Below, one piece after another: positions 26,496 to 36,361 of a DNA stretch of 64,000 bases. The position numbers were made by a program, and so were the translations under genes. Source of the DNA: an uncultured Christensenella sp. (lineage in GTDB: Bacteria; Bacillota; Clostridia; Christensenellales; UBA1242); contig CASFHD010000001.1 of the NCBI GenBank assembly GCA_949294455.1, positions 9,556 to 73,555 on the forward strand. Direction: 5' to 3'. The notes under the pieces were generated by a model. That model saw only the letters and a list, made by a program, of their open reading frames with translations. It ran no database searches and had not been told where the DNA came from. Positions within the stretch are counted from its first letter, which is position 1. Every line of letters starts with the position of its first letter.

Positions 26496-27035
26496 ATGTC
26501 ATTAAAATATTCTTTGCCTAACACTTTCAAACTTGTTGATTCTGCAAATGTTTCGGTAATTTTCGGTGAGAACAATGAAATTTGTGGCGACCTTGCTAGC
26601 AATATTTGTTGTTACCATTTTGAGAATTATGAGTGTTTTAATGCAGAAAAGCCAAGCGAAGCGATAAATAAAGTTAAAAAATTACTAACACAACATAAAA
26701 CTGAACACCTGGCAAAAATAGATTTATTTGTAATAGATTTAGATAAAATTTCAAATATATTTGACAGCGAAAAGCTTTTTGAATTGCTTTTAGAATTAAA
26801 TGAATTTTCAAAAGCAAACAGCCTCAAAATGCTTGTGTTGTTCACAACTGAAAACAATTCGTTGATTTCAAAAGTTTATTCAAATTTTACACCCGAGCAA
26901 AAACTACAAATTCTCTTTTTGAAAGTGAGTGACACAAACCCAATAAAACTTGTTGTTGAAACGGGAAAGCATAAAAGCGAAAGCATTTTTTATGCTGTTC
27001 GCACCGAATTAAGATTTATGCAAGAAGTAAATTAA
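26496..27035 (+). CDS. hypothetical protein (RecA/KaiC-like C-terminal pattern without P-loop)
   Basis: 179 aa with RBS aaggagg. DLFVIDLDKISNIF...ANSLKMLVLFTTEN resembles Walker-B/strand patterns, but no GxxGxGK[ST] is present. Confidence 0.4.
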   Translation: MSLKYSLPNTFKLVDSANVSVIFGENNEICGDLASNICCYHFENYECFNAEKPSEAINKVKKLLTQHKTEHLAKIDLFVIDLDKISNIFDSEKLFELLLELNEFSKANSLKMLVLFTTENNSLISKVYSNFTPEQKLQILFLKVSDTNPIKLVVETGKHKSESIFYAVRTELRFMQEVN

Positions 27036-27125
27036 ACTGATATTAAAAAGCATAAAACAAAGAATTGTCAGCCCGTATAACGCAGTGTGTCAGTTTTAAC
27101 AAAACACATACGAACTATAACTCAA

Positions 27126-27155
27126 AGGAGTGGTCAGTAAAGACCACTCCTTTTT
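27126..27155. terminator. bidirectional terminator between convergent element genes
   Basis: aggagtggtc-agtaaa-gaccactcct with flanking A and T runs. Confidence 0.7.
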
Positions 27156-27191
27156 AACTCTTAAACCAATATAAATGTTAAGAGGAACAAA

Positions 27192-27872
27192 CTAAAATAA
27201 ATATTTTTCCTCGTCCTCAACTTTTTCAATATAACCAAAAATGTCTTCCGTTATTTCTTCATATTTGTTTACAACTCTTTGGTCTTCACACGATGTTTTC
27301 TGTTCTAATGCAATTAAAGTTTTAACGCAAGCATAAAGCCATTTTACTTTTTGCAAATTAAATTGATACATAATGACAAACCTAGATTCTTCTGCTGGTG
27401 CGTGTTTGTTGCGATTAAAACGATATTTGGTAATCAACCCCATTTCTTCCAAAATTTTAATACTTGTTTCTTTTGCTTTTCTTCCAATTAACCACTTTTC
27501 CCAAATGCTAGGCGAAACAAAAAAAGATACTTTCATATTAAACTTTTCAGCGGAGTGATAATATTGATGAGATAGTAAAGCAAAAACGCGAGCCACATTC
27601 AAAGCACATTGCTTGTTCTGTTGACTAGGGAAAAATTTGTTTAGATAAAGTAAAAAGAATTTTTCCAGTGGTCGAGGAACGACCAAAAACTCTGCTGTTG
27701 GCTCTTGCAAATTAAGTAAAGCATTTTTAACTATTTTGTGAAGACCTATCTTCTTTTCAAATTGTTCCCAATAAATTTTGTTTTTCATAAAAAATTCTTT
27801 TCTGCTTATTGCAGCCTCTCGGCTGATAATACTAACTCCTCGTTTCCTAACGGTATTGTTTTCAATACTCAT
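27192..27872 (-). CDS. hypothetical protein (possible wHTH; replication/regulatory role unknown)
   Basis: 226 aa with a good RBS (aggag). It has no recognisable catalytic motif. The segment SIKILEEMGLITKYR is wHTH-like. Confidence 0.45.
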   Translation of the reverse strand: MSIENNTVRKRGVSIISREAAISRKEFFMKNKIYWEQFEKKIGLHKIVKNALLNLQEPTAEFLVVPRPLEKFFLLYLNKFFPSQQNKQCALNVARVFALLSHQYYHSAEKFNMKVSFFVSPSIWEKWLIGRKAKETSIKILEEMGLITKYRFNRNKHAPAEESRFVIMYQFNLQKVKWLYACVKTLIALEQKTSCEDQRVVNKYEEITEDIFGYIEKVEDEEKYLF

Positions 27873-28097
27873 AATTAACTCCTAAACTTATAAATCAAAT
27901 TTTCTACCCCTTTGACGACAACCTTATAATCAAGTATAAAATTTTAGCGAACTCGCAAGTCAGTCCTCGCAACTACTGAACGCAAAACAAAGAATGCCCA
28001 AAGAATTTGTTTTTTATCAAAGTGTTGCATATCATTTGATAAATATGGTAAAAGTTTGTTATTATCAAAAATAACAAAAGGTTTTACCGTATTTTGA

Positions 28098-28128
28098 ATT
28101 CCGAGTGAACAAACGGCGGGGCTACCAA
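28098..28128. other. attR (P arm + core CTACCAA)
   Basis: ATTCCGAGTGA (28098-28108) is the exact reverse complement of 20144-20154. The core is at 28122-28128. Confidence 0.55.
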
Positions 28129-28131
28129 TTT

Positions 28132-28157
28132 ACACCACATATTGTGGTGTATTTTTA
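28132..28157 (+). terminator. displaced native terminator of the tRNA-Met/Glu operon
   Basis: acaccacat-a-ttgtggtgt followed by atttttatttt. Confidence 0.6.
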
Positions 28158-28477
28158 TTTTATTCACATATATTAATTGAATTTATGTTGATTATTTTTT
28201 TCAAATCGAATTTTAGTCGAATTTTTGATTTTTAAGTATTTCTATATACTTTCTATCAATATCTTTGTTAAAATTTATTCTTATTAAAAATGATTTATAT
28301 CATTCTAAAATGAACATAATATTAATTTATTAACAAGATATAATATATTTAAATTATACTTTTTAGCAACTATAAATAAAATAAAAAATACTAGACTTTA
28401 AATTAAATTTGTTAAACGATAGATTATTTTGATATTATTTTTTAAAAAATAGACTTTTAGTACTTTATAAAATATTT

Positions 28478-28984
28478 TTAAACATTTGTATGAGTTAAAA
28501 TTAATTTCACTTCAAAAATTTCACTTATATAAACAGTTGTTAATGTATTATATTTTTCTATAATAAATTTGCTTCCTATTTCAAATATATTAGTGCCTTC
28601 TGTAGTATAATCTTTATCTTTATAAATTGTTATTTGACTGTTATTTTTTGTATAATATAATCTTTCATATCTGTTATATAAACTATCAACTAATTCCACT
28701 TCATTAAAATTTATAAATTTAACTTTCAATTGTGATAAATCGTATTCTATTAATTCTTTTTTTGCATTCAAACAATATTCTTCATCTACCTGCATCTGAT
28801 CTAAAATCGATTGTTTATCTGCTTCATCAATATTTTCTGCCCAGACAACCTCAACGCTTTCAATTATAAAATCTCCCAAAGTCGATTGAGTTTCAGTATT
28901 TTCTGAGTAATTGATTAAAATTACAGTTAAAAATAAACAAACACTTGATAGTAATATAACCAATAACTTTAAATAATTTTTCAT
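28478..28984 (-). CDS. membrane-anchored hypothetical protein
   Basis: MKNYLKLLVILLSSVCLFLTVILINY signal anchor, immediately downstream of argS. Confidence 0.5.
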   Translation of the reverse strand: MKNYLKLLVILLSSVCLFLTVILINYSENTETQSTLGDFIIESVEVVWAENIDEADKQSILDQMQVDEEYCLNAKKELIEYDLSQLKVKFINFNEVELVDSLYNRYERLYYTKNNSQITIYKDKDYTTEGTNIFEIGSKFIIEKYNTLTTVYISEIFEVKLILTHTNV

Positions 28985-28995
28985 ACCTACCAACT

Positions 28996-30687
28996 TTACA
29001 TATATTCAACTAAATCAATACACAGAATTGGCATCATATATTCTAAAGCATTTTTGATAGTTTTCACAAGCATAAGATAAATCTTTGTATCGTTTATATT
29101 TTTTAAATCTAAAATTTTAATATCTACATAAAATTTATTAAACGCTTTGCATAAATCTAAAATGTATCTTGCTAATATACTAGTTTCTTTTTTCTCAAAA
29201 GCAGAGTAAATTACTGCATTCATCTCATTAATATTTTTTAAGAGAGGATAAATATCGTTAATAACATTATCAAAATCCAAATCATTGTAATTACAATTTA
29301 TATCAATATTATAAGTTTTTGCTTTAGTTAACAAACTACAACATCTAGCAAGTGTGTATTGAATGTACGGAGAAGTTTCCCCGTCAAGACTTGTTGCTTT
29401 TTCTACTTCGAAAATTTTGTCTTTTATTCTATCAACTTTCAAAACGCTAAAAGCGACTGCGCTTTTACCAATCTTTTTAACAAGTTCGTCCTTTTGTTCT
29501 TTAGATAAATCTCTGTTGTTAATCTGTTCTCTAACTTTCTTTTCTGCAGCAAACAAAATATCTTCAAAAAGTGCTTGTTTCCCTTTACGACTTGCAATTT
29601 TCCCTTCAGGTGTTGAAAACATACCATAATATGCGTGATACAATTTATTAGCATAAGGCTTTTTTAATAATTCACATAATTTAAAAAGTTTATCAAAATG
29701 ATTGCATTGTTGAACTGCCGTAACATAAATCATTTCATCAAATTTATAAGTATTATACCTATCTTCAAGAGCGGCAAGGTCTCGAGTAACATAAAGACTC
29801 GCCCCATCACTTCTTTGTATTACACTAACACCTAAATTGTATTCGCTTAAGTCCACAATTAAAGCACCTTCACTGATTTTGCCTAACCCACTAGACTTTA
29901 TTTCATCAATGACAGGTTGCATTTTATCATTATATGAACTTTCTCCTTTCCAAGAATCAAACACAATTCCAACTTTATCTAAAATTCTTTTTGCTTCAGA
30001 TTTTGAAATTTTTATAAACCATTCGTAAATAGGGTATATATCTTTATCTTTGTCTTCAATCTTTTTAGAAATTTCTCTTGCTTTTGAAAGAAGTTCTTCA
30101 TTTTCTTCTTTACAGAATTTCACATAAAGGTTTTGAATTTCATCAATACCATTTTTCTCTACGGCCTCTTTGTTCCCCCATTTTAAATACGCATATACCA
30201 TTTTCCCAAAAGGTAAACCATAATCCCCTATATAATTTAGTCTATATACTTTATAACCTTGATTTTCATAGAGTCTTGCAATAGATTCACCTATTATAGT
30301 AGTTGACCAATGTCCTATGTGCATATATTTAGCAAGATTAACTGATGAATAATCAATGCAAACTACTTTTTTATTACTCTTACAAGGTTTAAACCCATCT
30401 TTAAAACTTTCTAAAAGTTTCAATGCTACAAACTTTTTATTTAGAAAAAAATTCAAATATCCATTTACAACTTCTGCCTTTTCAATAAATCCGTCTAAAA
30501 TAAGAGAATTTTTTATTTCTTCTGCAATTTGCACAGGCGACCTATGTAAAGTTTTAGCAAATGAAAAACAGGGCAAAGCATAATCCCCCATATTATTTTC
30601 TTTAGGTATAGTTATCAAATTAAATATTTCTTGTTTTGTTAAATTTTCGTATTTTATTTTATCTAAAAGGATAGTTTTTAAATCCAT
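28996..30687 (-). CDS. argS: arginine--tRNA ligase
   Basis: 563 aa from MDLKTIL (GGAG upstream). It has the HIGH-type motif (YMHIGHWST) and a C-terminal anticodon-binding DALR-like domain. Confidence 0.95.
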   Translation of the reverse strand: MDLKTILLDKIKYENLTKQEIFNLITIPKENNMGDYALPCFSFAKTLHRSPVQIAEEIKNSLILDGFIEKAEVVNGYLNFFLNKKFVALKLLESFKDGFKPCKSNKKVVCIDYSSVNLAKYMHIGHWSTTIIGESIARLYENQGYKVYRLNYIGDYGLPFGKMVYAYLKWGNKEAVEKNGIDEIQNLYVKFCKEENEELLSKAREISKKIEDKDKDIYPIYEWFIKISKSEAKRILDKVGIVFDSWKGESSYNDKMQPVIDEIKSSGLGKISEGALIVDLSEYNLGVSVIQRSDGASLYVTRDLAALEDRYNTYKFDEMIYVTAVQQCNHFDKLFKLCELLKKPYANKLYHAYYGMFSTPEGKIASRKGKQALFEDILFAAEKKVREQINNRDLSKEQKDELVKKIGKSAVAFSVLKVDRIKDKIFEVEKATSLDGETSPYIQYTLARCCSLLTKAKTYNIDINCNYNDLDFDNVINDIYPLLKNINEMNAVIYSAFEKKETSILARYILDLCKAFNKFYVDIKILDLKNINDTKIYLMLVKTIKNALEYMMPILCIDLVEYM

Positions 30688-30863
30688 AATCACTCCGCTC
30701 AAATTATAACATAACACATAAATTTTGTCAAAAGTCTATAAAAAATCGTTCTTTTTAAACAAAAAAACACATATATATGTAAATTTAGTCAAATAAATGT
30801 ATTGAAACAATAAAAAAAATTTAATAAATTTAAAACCATACATTAATTTAAAAGGACGATATT

Positions 30864-31370
30864 ATGAATTATGAAAATATTTTAAACAACGAAAATTTTA
30901 TTATTATACCTAAAATTCCGAATAAATTACATTCCACTAGTTTTAAGAATTACATAAATGGTGAAACATATCTTGAATCTCCATATAAAAATAGCAAAAA
31001 TAATGAAAAAACGAACTTAGTAATAACTGATAATGTATCAGTTAAAATAAACCAAAACTCTTTTAAATATGGAGGTAACTATAATTTAATAATACCTATC
31101 AATATGGCACTATTTAGAATATCACAATACGAATATATAAATGGTTTTAAAAAATATGAAAATTGGTTATTAGTTGCAAATAAAAATTTAAATAAATTTA
31201 AAAATAACAATAACTATAACATTATGGAAATTGATAATGCAGTACTATATACATTATTAGGAGAGAAAATAATATTATCAACTGATTATGATAAAACTTA
31301 TGATATAGAAAACGAAAAAATAATACCTTTTGTTGACGCCTTAATCCGTAGTCAAATATTGCACCCATAA
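30864..31370 (+). CDS. hypothetical protein
   Basis: 168-aa ORF with RBS aaggacg. No recognisable motif. Confidence 0.4.
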   Translation: MNYENILNNENFIIIPKIPNKLHSTSFKNYINGETYLESPYKNSKNNEKTNLVITDNVSVKINQNSFKYGGNYNLIIPINMALFRISQYEYINGFKKYENWLLVANKNLNKFKNNNNYNIMEIDNAVLYTLLGEKIILSTDYDKTYDIENEKIIPFVDALIRSQILHP

Positions 31371-31429
31371 TTAGAAATAATTGTCATAAAATGTAGAAAA
31401 ACAAATACATATAATCTATGAGGTGTATC

Positions 31430-31705
31430 ATGGATTATGAAAAAAAACAACTTATATTAAGTGAAGCAAAATATTTGATAAAAAACAATTCAACAATTCG
31501 AGCGACAGCAAAGCATTTTGGATTACCCAAAAGCACCTTGCATAAAGATATACACACTTACTTGCCAAAACTTAACAAAAGGTTGTATATTAAAGTTCAG
31601 CAACTTTTCGACAAAAATTTTAGTATAAAACATATTCGAGGCGGAGAATCTACTAAAAAATATTACCTTGCAAAAAAAATAGAATATAGTTTAAATTTAA
31701 AATAA
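31430..31705 (+). CDS. spoIIID: SpoIIID-family transcriptional regulator
   Basis: Contains ...TIRATAKHFGLPKSTLHKDIHTYLPKLN....IKHIRGGESTKKYY, which parallels B. subtilis SpoIIID (VSKSTVHKD...LP..N...RHLRGGEATK). Confidence 0.8.
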   Translation: MDYEKKQLILSEAKYLIKNNSTIRATAKHFGLPKSTLHKDIHTYLPKLNKRLYIKVQQLFDKNFSIKHIRGGESTKKYYLAKKIEYSLNLK

Positions 31706-32077
31706 AAATGTCAATCATTAAGGCATTTTTTTGTTTTATTTTTATGTGTAAATTATAAAAATCATATTCTTACTAAATTTTTATATATTCCAATAATTAA
31801 CCTACTTCTTTTATATTTTCATATTAATCAAATAAACTCACATTAAAATAAGCATTTTGATAGCATATTAAATTGAATTATTAGTATATTCTGATTTGTA
31901 AAATTACAATAAAAAATTTGAATAAAGATGATATATTATGATGATATACTATATTTATTATCTGTTTAAATTAAATAATTTAAAAAATATTTGTCAAATA
32001 CTTGACTAAATTTGTAAATAAAAGATAAACTAATCATATATAAAATTTATTTTTATATAAAATTATAAGGAGGAAAT

Positions 32078-33577
32078 ATGACAAAAATGTTGAAAAAATC
32101 GCTTAATGTTTTTGCAGTGTTGGTTGTTTTGGCTATTAGTGCATTTGCTCTTTCAGCATGTGGTAAAGATGATGAACCTAAGCCTTCTCCATCTTTTGAA
32201 ACAGCAAGCAATGTAAAAGCAACAACGATTGAAATTATTGATGACTTTTTCGAAAAAGTTTACAATAATTCATCAGATCTAGGAACTGAAACTACTTACT
32301 CTGTTGAACAAATTCAAAACAAAGTTGCTGATTTTGAATACTATGTAGAAGTTGGAACAATCAAAAATATAGATGAGGTAAAATCAATTTCATTGAATGA
32401 TACATCATTTACAGAAAATCAAACATTCTACCTTTCAATCGGTAATGCAAACCAATTATTAGATAAAGTTTACTATGTTGAAGAAAGCAAGCTTTATGTA
32501 GCTGCCCCTGTAGTTGCTTTTGAAACAGTTGACAATGCAAAAATAAAAATCAACAATAATGAATTTGAATTTGATTTAGATGTAACAACAGATCAAATTA
32601 ATTTAACAAATGTAGCATTTAATACTGGTGCTAATAACACTGCTAGCAAAGTTTCTGACACTGAATACAATTTAACAATTAAAAGTGGTACAGAATACGC
32701 AGGCTTGTATTATGACGGCGCTTCTACAAGCGATACAATTATTACAAAAAGAATGTTAAATGGCGTATTAAGTGGCTATGGTATTGTAAATCCTGTTAAT
32801 GGTTCAAACGGAGCTTGCTCATACTTTTACCCTGTTGGTTGGGTTGAAAATCCAGCAAAAATAAATTATGAAAAATTTGATGGTGCTACTTTTGACTATT
32901 CATTATACATTGTAAATCAGCAAAAATTAGTAAATGTAACATTAAATGTTGATGTTGATATTGTACAAGAAGTTTCTACATATTCTGAATTAACTAGTGC
33001 TTTGTACAATGGAAAAGCAATCATTAAACTTACAGACAATATTGATGTACAGTCATCTTTAAATGTTACAAGAGAAATTGTTCTTGATATGAATGGTAAA
33101 AGATTATATAATACTGCAGAAATTTGGGATACAAGCAAAAATAATTGGTCAATCATATCTGTTGGCGAAAATGGCAAATTGACTATAAAAGGTGAAGGAA
33201 CTATTGACGCATTAGAAAACGATTGCCATGCTATTGATGTTAGAGATGGTGGTAATTTAATCATTGAAAATGGTACTTTTATTGGAAATATTCATTCTGT
33301 TTATGTTTATGAAGGAACTGCTCAAATTAAAGGCGGACATTATGCAATTAAACAAGTTTATGGTGCAGACAAACCATACGAGTTTGTTTTAAACTTATTA
33401 GATGAAAATCGTGAAGCCGGAACAGCATCTATAGTAGTAACTGGTGGAATATTTGAAAAGTTCAACCCTGCAGATTGTAAAGCAGAAGGTGAAGGAACTA
33501 ACTTTGTTGCAGAAGGTTATACTTCTAGATTACAAGAAGGTAGTGAAGATATTTATGAAGTTGTAAAAAATTCATAA
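32078..33577 (+). CDS. surface lipoprotein with C-terminal beta-helix-like region
   Basis: Signal peptide plus lipobox (FALSAC|GKDD). The C-terminal repeats GENGKLTIKGEGTI, VRDGGNLIIENGTF and GTAQIKGGHY suggest a parallel beta-helix. Confidence 0.65.
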   Translation: MTKMLKKSLNVFAVLVVLAISAFALSACGKDDEPKPSPSFETASNVKATTIEIIDDFFEKVYNNSSDLGTETTYSVEQIQNKVADFEYYVEVGTIKNIDEVKSISLNDTSFTENQTFYLSIGNANQLLDKVYYVEESKLYVAAPVVAFETVDNAKIKINNNEFEFDLDVTTDQINLTNVAFNTGANNTASKVSDTEYNLTIKSGTEYAGLYYDGASTSDTIITKRMLNGVLSGYGIVNPVNGSNGACSYFYPVGWVENPAKINYEKFDGATFDYSLYIVNQQKLVNVTLNVDVDIVQEVSTYSELTSALYNGKAIIKLTDNIDVQSSLNVTREIVLDMNGKRLYNTAEIWDTSKNNWSIISVGENGKLTIKGEGTIDALENDCHAIDVRDGGNLIIENGTFIGNIHSVYVYEGTAQIKGGHYAIKQVYGADKPYEFVLNLLDENREAGTASIVVTGGIFEKFNPADCKAEGEGTNFVAEGYTSRLQEGSEDIYEVVKNS

Positions 33578-33589
33578 ATTAGTATAAAA

Positions 33590-33621
33590 GAAGAAAACAC
33601 AATGGTTTTCTTCTTTTTTTT
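33590..33621 (+). terminator. terminator of lipoprotein gene
   Basis: gaagaaaac-acaatg-gttttcttc followed by T8. Confidence 0.7.
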
Positions 33622-33672
33622 ATCATTACAGTGCATAAATTAAATCAAAAGACTTTAGTTTATACAAAATAA

Positions 33673-33746
33673 ATATATCTTTCGTTTTAATAACTATTTT
33701 AATATATCTTTCGATTTAATGACTATTTTTTTGATAACTATTTTTT
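33673..33746. repeat. 29-nt imperfect tandem repeat (2.5 copies)
   Basis: atatatctttcgttttaataactatttta / atatatctttcgatttaatgactattttt / (t)tgataactatttttt. Confidence 0.6.
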
Positions 33747-33842
33747 AAATTTATTTTTATAAATCTAATGAGAACAAATAATTATATTTCTAGTTTTCTT
33801 TTTATGATTATAAATTAAACACTCATTAAGTTTTATTTAAAT

Positions 33843-34070
33843 TTATTTTTTTAAATTTTCGCAATAAGTAATTATATCCCCTACAGTTTTGAATTTAACT
33901 GCGTCTTCATCATTTACCACAATGTTAAATTTTTCTTCAAAATCGGTGATTAATTCTACCATATCTATACTGTCTGCTTTTAAATCTTCACTTAGCCTAT
34001 CGGTTGCTTTTATTTCATTTGCCTTTAGTTTTAATCTATTTGCAATAATATTTATAACTTCTTTTTCCAT
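33843..34070 (-). CDS. acpP: acyl carrier protein
   Basis: 75 aa with the phosphopantetheine site LKADSIDMVELI. Confidence 0.85.
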   Translation of the reverse strand: MEKEVINIIANRLKLKANEIKATDRLSEDLKADSIDMVELITDFEEKFNIVVNDEDAVKFKTVGDIITYCENLKK

Positions 34071-34207
34071 AGATACTCCTTTAAATACAATTTTAATATA
34101 TATAAATTTTTAATTTTTGTAAACAAAAATAAAATAAAATCCTAAAAATAACGAATTATGATAAAATTTTTCAAAAAATTACTACATTTTTTTTCTATCA
34201 TTAATAT

Positions 34208-35113
34208 ATGTACACAATTTACGACAGCAAAAAAATTAAAGAAATGATGTCAAACATATCATATATTCAATCAGTTCTGTTTATATTTGATGACGATAAA
34301 ATTTATAATGAATATAAGGATATAAACCCACATCATACAATATTCTTAAACTTTGATGATATTAAAAATTTACAAGTTGCTTTAAATCTAAATCCAAAAT
34401 TTGTTGTTATTAATCTAAAATTTAATAATTATCTTTTATTAAAAAGCCTAGAAAGTTTTAAATACTTTGAAACATATTTATTTGTTGATTCAACACACAC
34501 ACTCCCTTACTTATTGAATGAAGAAAATATTATTGATTTTAATTTAAATATTGTAGTCGAGCACACAAACACAATTAGTCTATATGACAAATTGGACTTA
34601 ATGATATACATTTTACTTCATCAAGATGTTGCTGAAATTAAAAATTACAATTTTTTATCTTCTTTAAACAGCATTATGCTAAAAGAAATCTCTTTATTAG
34701 ATTATTTGAATTTGCTAGAAAAATATAAATATATATTTCAACTCCCCTTCTCTAACTACGAACTAATAAAAAGTTTGAAAATTTCAAATAATACTCTTTA
34801 CATTTTTATAAAAAACGCATCACTTACAATAAACAAAATGTTTGATTTAGATAATTTGACAATAAATGATTTTTATAAAGATATTTATGAAACAAAATTA
34901 TATTTTAATCCAAAACTTGTTTTAAGTGAAATTCTAAAACATTTTCACATTATACAGAAAAATGCGAAATTCATTTCTCAACTGCACAAAATGTTAAACT
35001 TGTTTGTAAAAGAAGAAAAAATAGAATTGGATATAATTGATTTAAAAAAATTTATTATATTAAAAAAAAATTATGATATGTTGACTATATTTTATTTATT
35101 CAATTTAATCTAA
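34208..35113 (+). CDS. hypothetical protein
   Basis: 301-aa ORF with no recognisable motif. Confidence 0.4.
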   Translation: MYTIYDSKKIKEMMSNISYIQSVLFIFDDDKIYNEYKDINPHHTIFLNFDDIKNLQVALNLNPKFVVINLKFNNYLLLKSLESFKYFETYLFVDSTHTLPYLLNEENIIDFNLNIVVEHTNTISLYDKLDLMIYILLHQDVAEIKNYNFLSSLNSIMLKEISLLDYLNLLEKYKYIFQLPFSNYELIKSLKISNNTLYIFIKNASLTINKMFDLDNLTINDFYKDIYETKLYFNPKLVLSEILKHFHIIQKNAKFISQLHKMLNLFVKEEKIELDIIDLKKFIILKKNYDMLTIFYLFNLI

Positions 35114-35280
35114 AATAACCTTTATTTTAAACATTTGAAAATTATTAATGAATTTGTTGTGAATAATAAAAAAACAAAAAAAATCTATTTATTTTAGAAA
35201 AAAATTGCAAATTTTTAATATTTTTTATGATTTATATTAAAATCTGAATAAATTTTTAATTTTTGATAATCATTTCACAA

Positions 35281-35667
35281 ATGAAAAAATTCGTAATAGT
35301 ATTTTTATTAATATTTAGTTTACTACTTGTTTTAACTGAAAAAACAAACTCTAATATACTAGATGGTGAAAGATATGTTTATACTGAAAATGGTTATGCT
35401 AACAGCATAAATTTAGGTGTTTTTTACGAAACTAAAACAAACAAAATCCTTCCTAATACTATTGGGGAAACTATTAAAACTAATAAAAATATACACGAAA
35501 TATTTTCTCTTTTAAATATAGAAGATTACAAAGTTATAACAATTCCTTCTTTAAATATAACGCTATATGAATGCATAGGTAAAAACAAAAATTACAATAC
35601 TTTACAAATTGCAATTACTGAAAGTGGCAATTTTGTTGGGTTTCCATATATATTGGGCAGTTATTGA
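35281..35667 (+). CDS. small secreted/anchored hypothetical protein
   Basis: MKKFVIVFLLIFSLLLVLTEKTNS signal-like N-terminus. The RBS is weak. Confidence 0.4.
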   Translation: MKKFVIVFLLIFSLLLVLTEKTNSNILDGERYVYTENGYANSINLGVFYETKTNKILPNTIGETIKTNKNIHEIFSLLNIEDYKVITIPSLNITLYECIGKNKNYNTLQIAITESGNFVGFPYILGSY

Positions 35668-35748
35668 TTAAATTTTATGTATTAGTTTATAAAAAAAATT
35701 TGTATGTTTAAAAAAAATTTCCTTGTCAATAATTCAAATGGAGGATTT

Positions 35749-36333
35749 ATGAGAACATACACAAAAAACACACTTATGAAAAGTATAATAATAGTTGGAA
35801 TTATAACTTTTTCGCTAATTGCAGTAATAGTTGGATTTTTAATCGGAGTACCGGCACAAGCAAACACCAGTATAGATGAAAACACTCCATCTAGTACAGT
35901 ATCAAACACCAGCATAACATTTATACTTCCTATGAAAAATGCAACCATCGTTAAAGATTATTCAGCAAAAGAACTTCAATATAATGATACTTTGGAACAA
36001 TGGGAAATTCACAAAGCGATTGATTTCAAGTCGGATACAAGTAATGAAGTTTTAGCAGTTTATAATGGTACAATATCTAATATTTATACAAATTATTTAG
36101 AAGGCACTGTTATAGTCATTGACCACGGTAATGGTTTAAAATCAATTTACAAATCACTTAATAATGAACTTACATTAAAAGTTGGTGACACTGTAAAACA
36201 AGGCGATGTTATTGCAACTGTTTCAGATACAATGTCAAGGGAATTAAATACTGGAGCACATTTACATTTTGAAGTATTCAAAGATGAACTTGCTGTTGAC
36301 CCAAATGACTATTTAGAAACATCTTCTAAGTAA
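35749..36333 (+). CDS. M23 (LytM) family metallopeptidase
   Basis: Contains HKAIDF, VIDHGNGLKSIY and GAHLHFEV. Start set at MRTYTK behind GGAGG. It has an N-terminal TM anchor. Confidence 0.85.
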   Translation: MRTYTKNTLMKSIIIVGIITFSLIAVIVGFLIGVPAQANTSIDENTPSSTVSNTSITFILPMKNATIVKDYSAKELQYNDTLEQWEIHKAIDFKSDTSNEVLAVYNGTISNIYTNYLEGTVIVIDHGNGLKSIYKSLNNELTLKVGDTVKQGDVIATVSDTMSRELNTGAHLHFEVFKDELAVDPNDYLETSSK

Positions 36334-36361
36334 AAGATTTAATAAAATATTAAAAAAGAAA
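36268..36361. repeat. 94-nt direct repeat, copy A (true 3' end of M23 gene + downstream)
   Basis: Aligns with 37763-37856 with 4 substitutions. Confidence 0.9.

Larger units (their letters stand above)
20136..28121. mobile_element. ~8.0-kb integrative element in tRNA-Glu (serine recombinase, HUH Rep, tyrosine-recombinase-like gene, nuclease cargo)
   Basis: The 7-bp core is duplicated at both junctions and 11-bp inverted arms lie just inside them. A displaced tRNA terminator sits at 28132-28157. The gene content is MGE-like and less AT-rich than the flanks. Confidence 0.65.
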
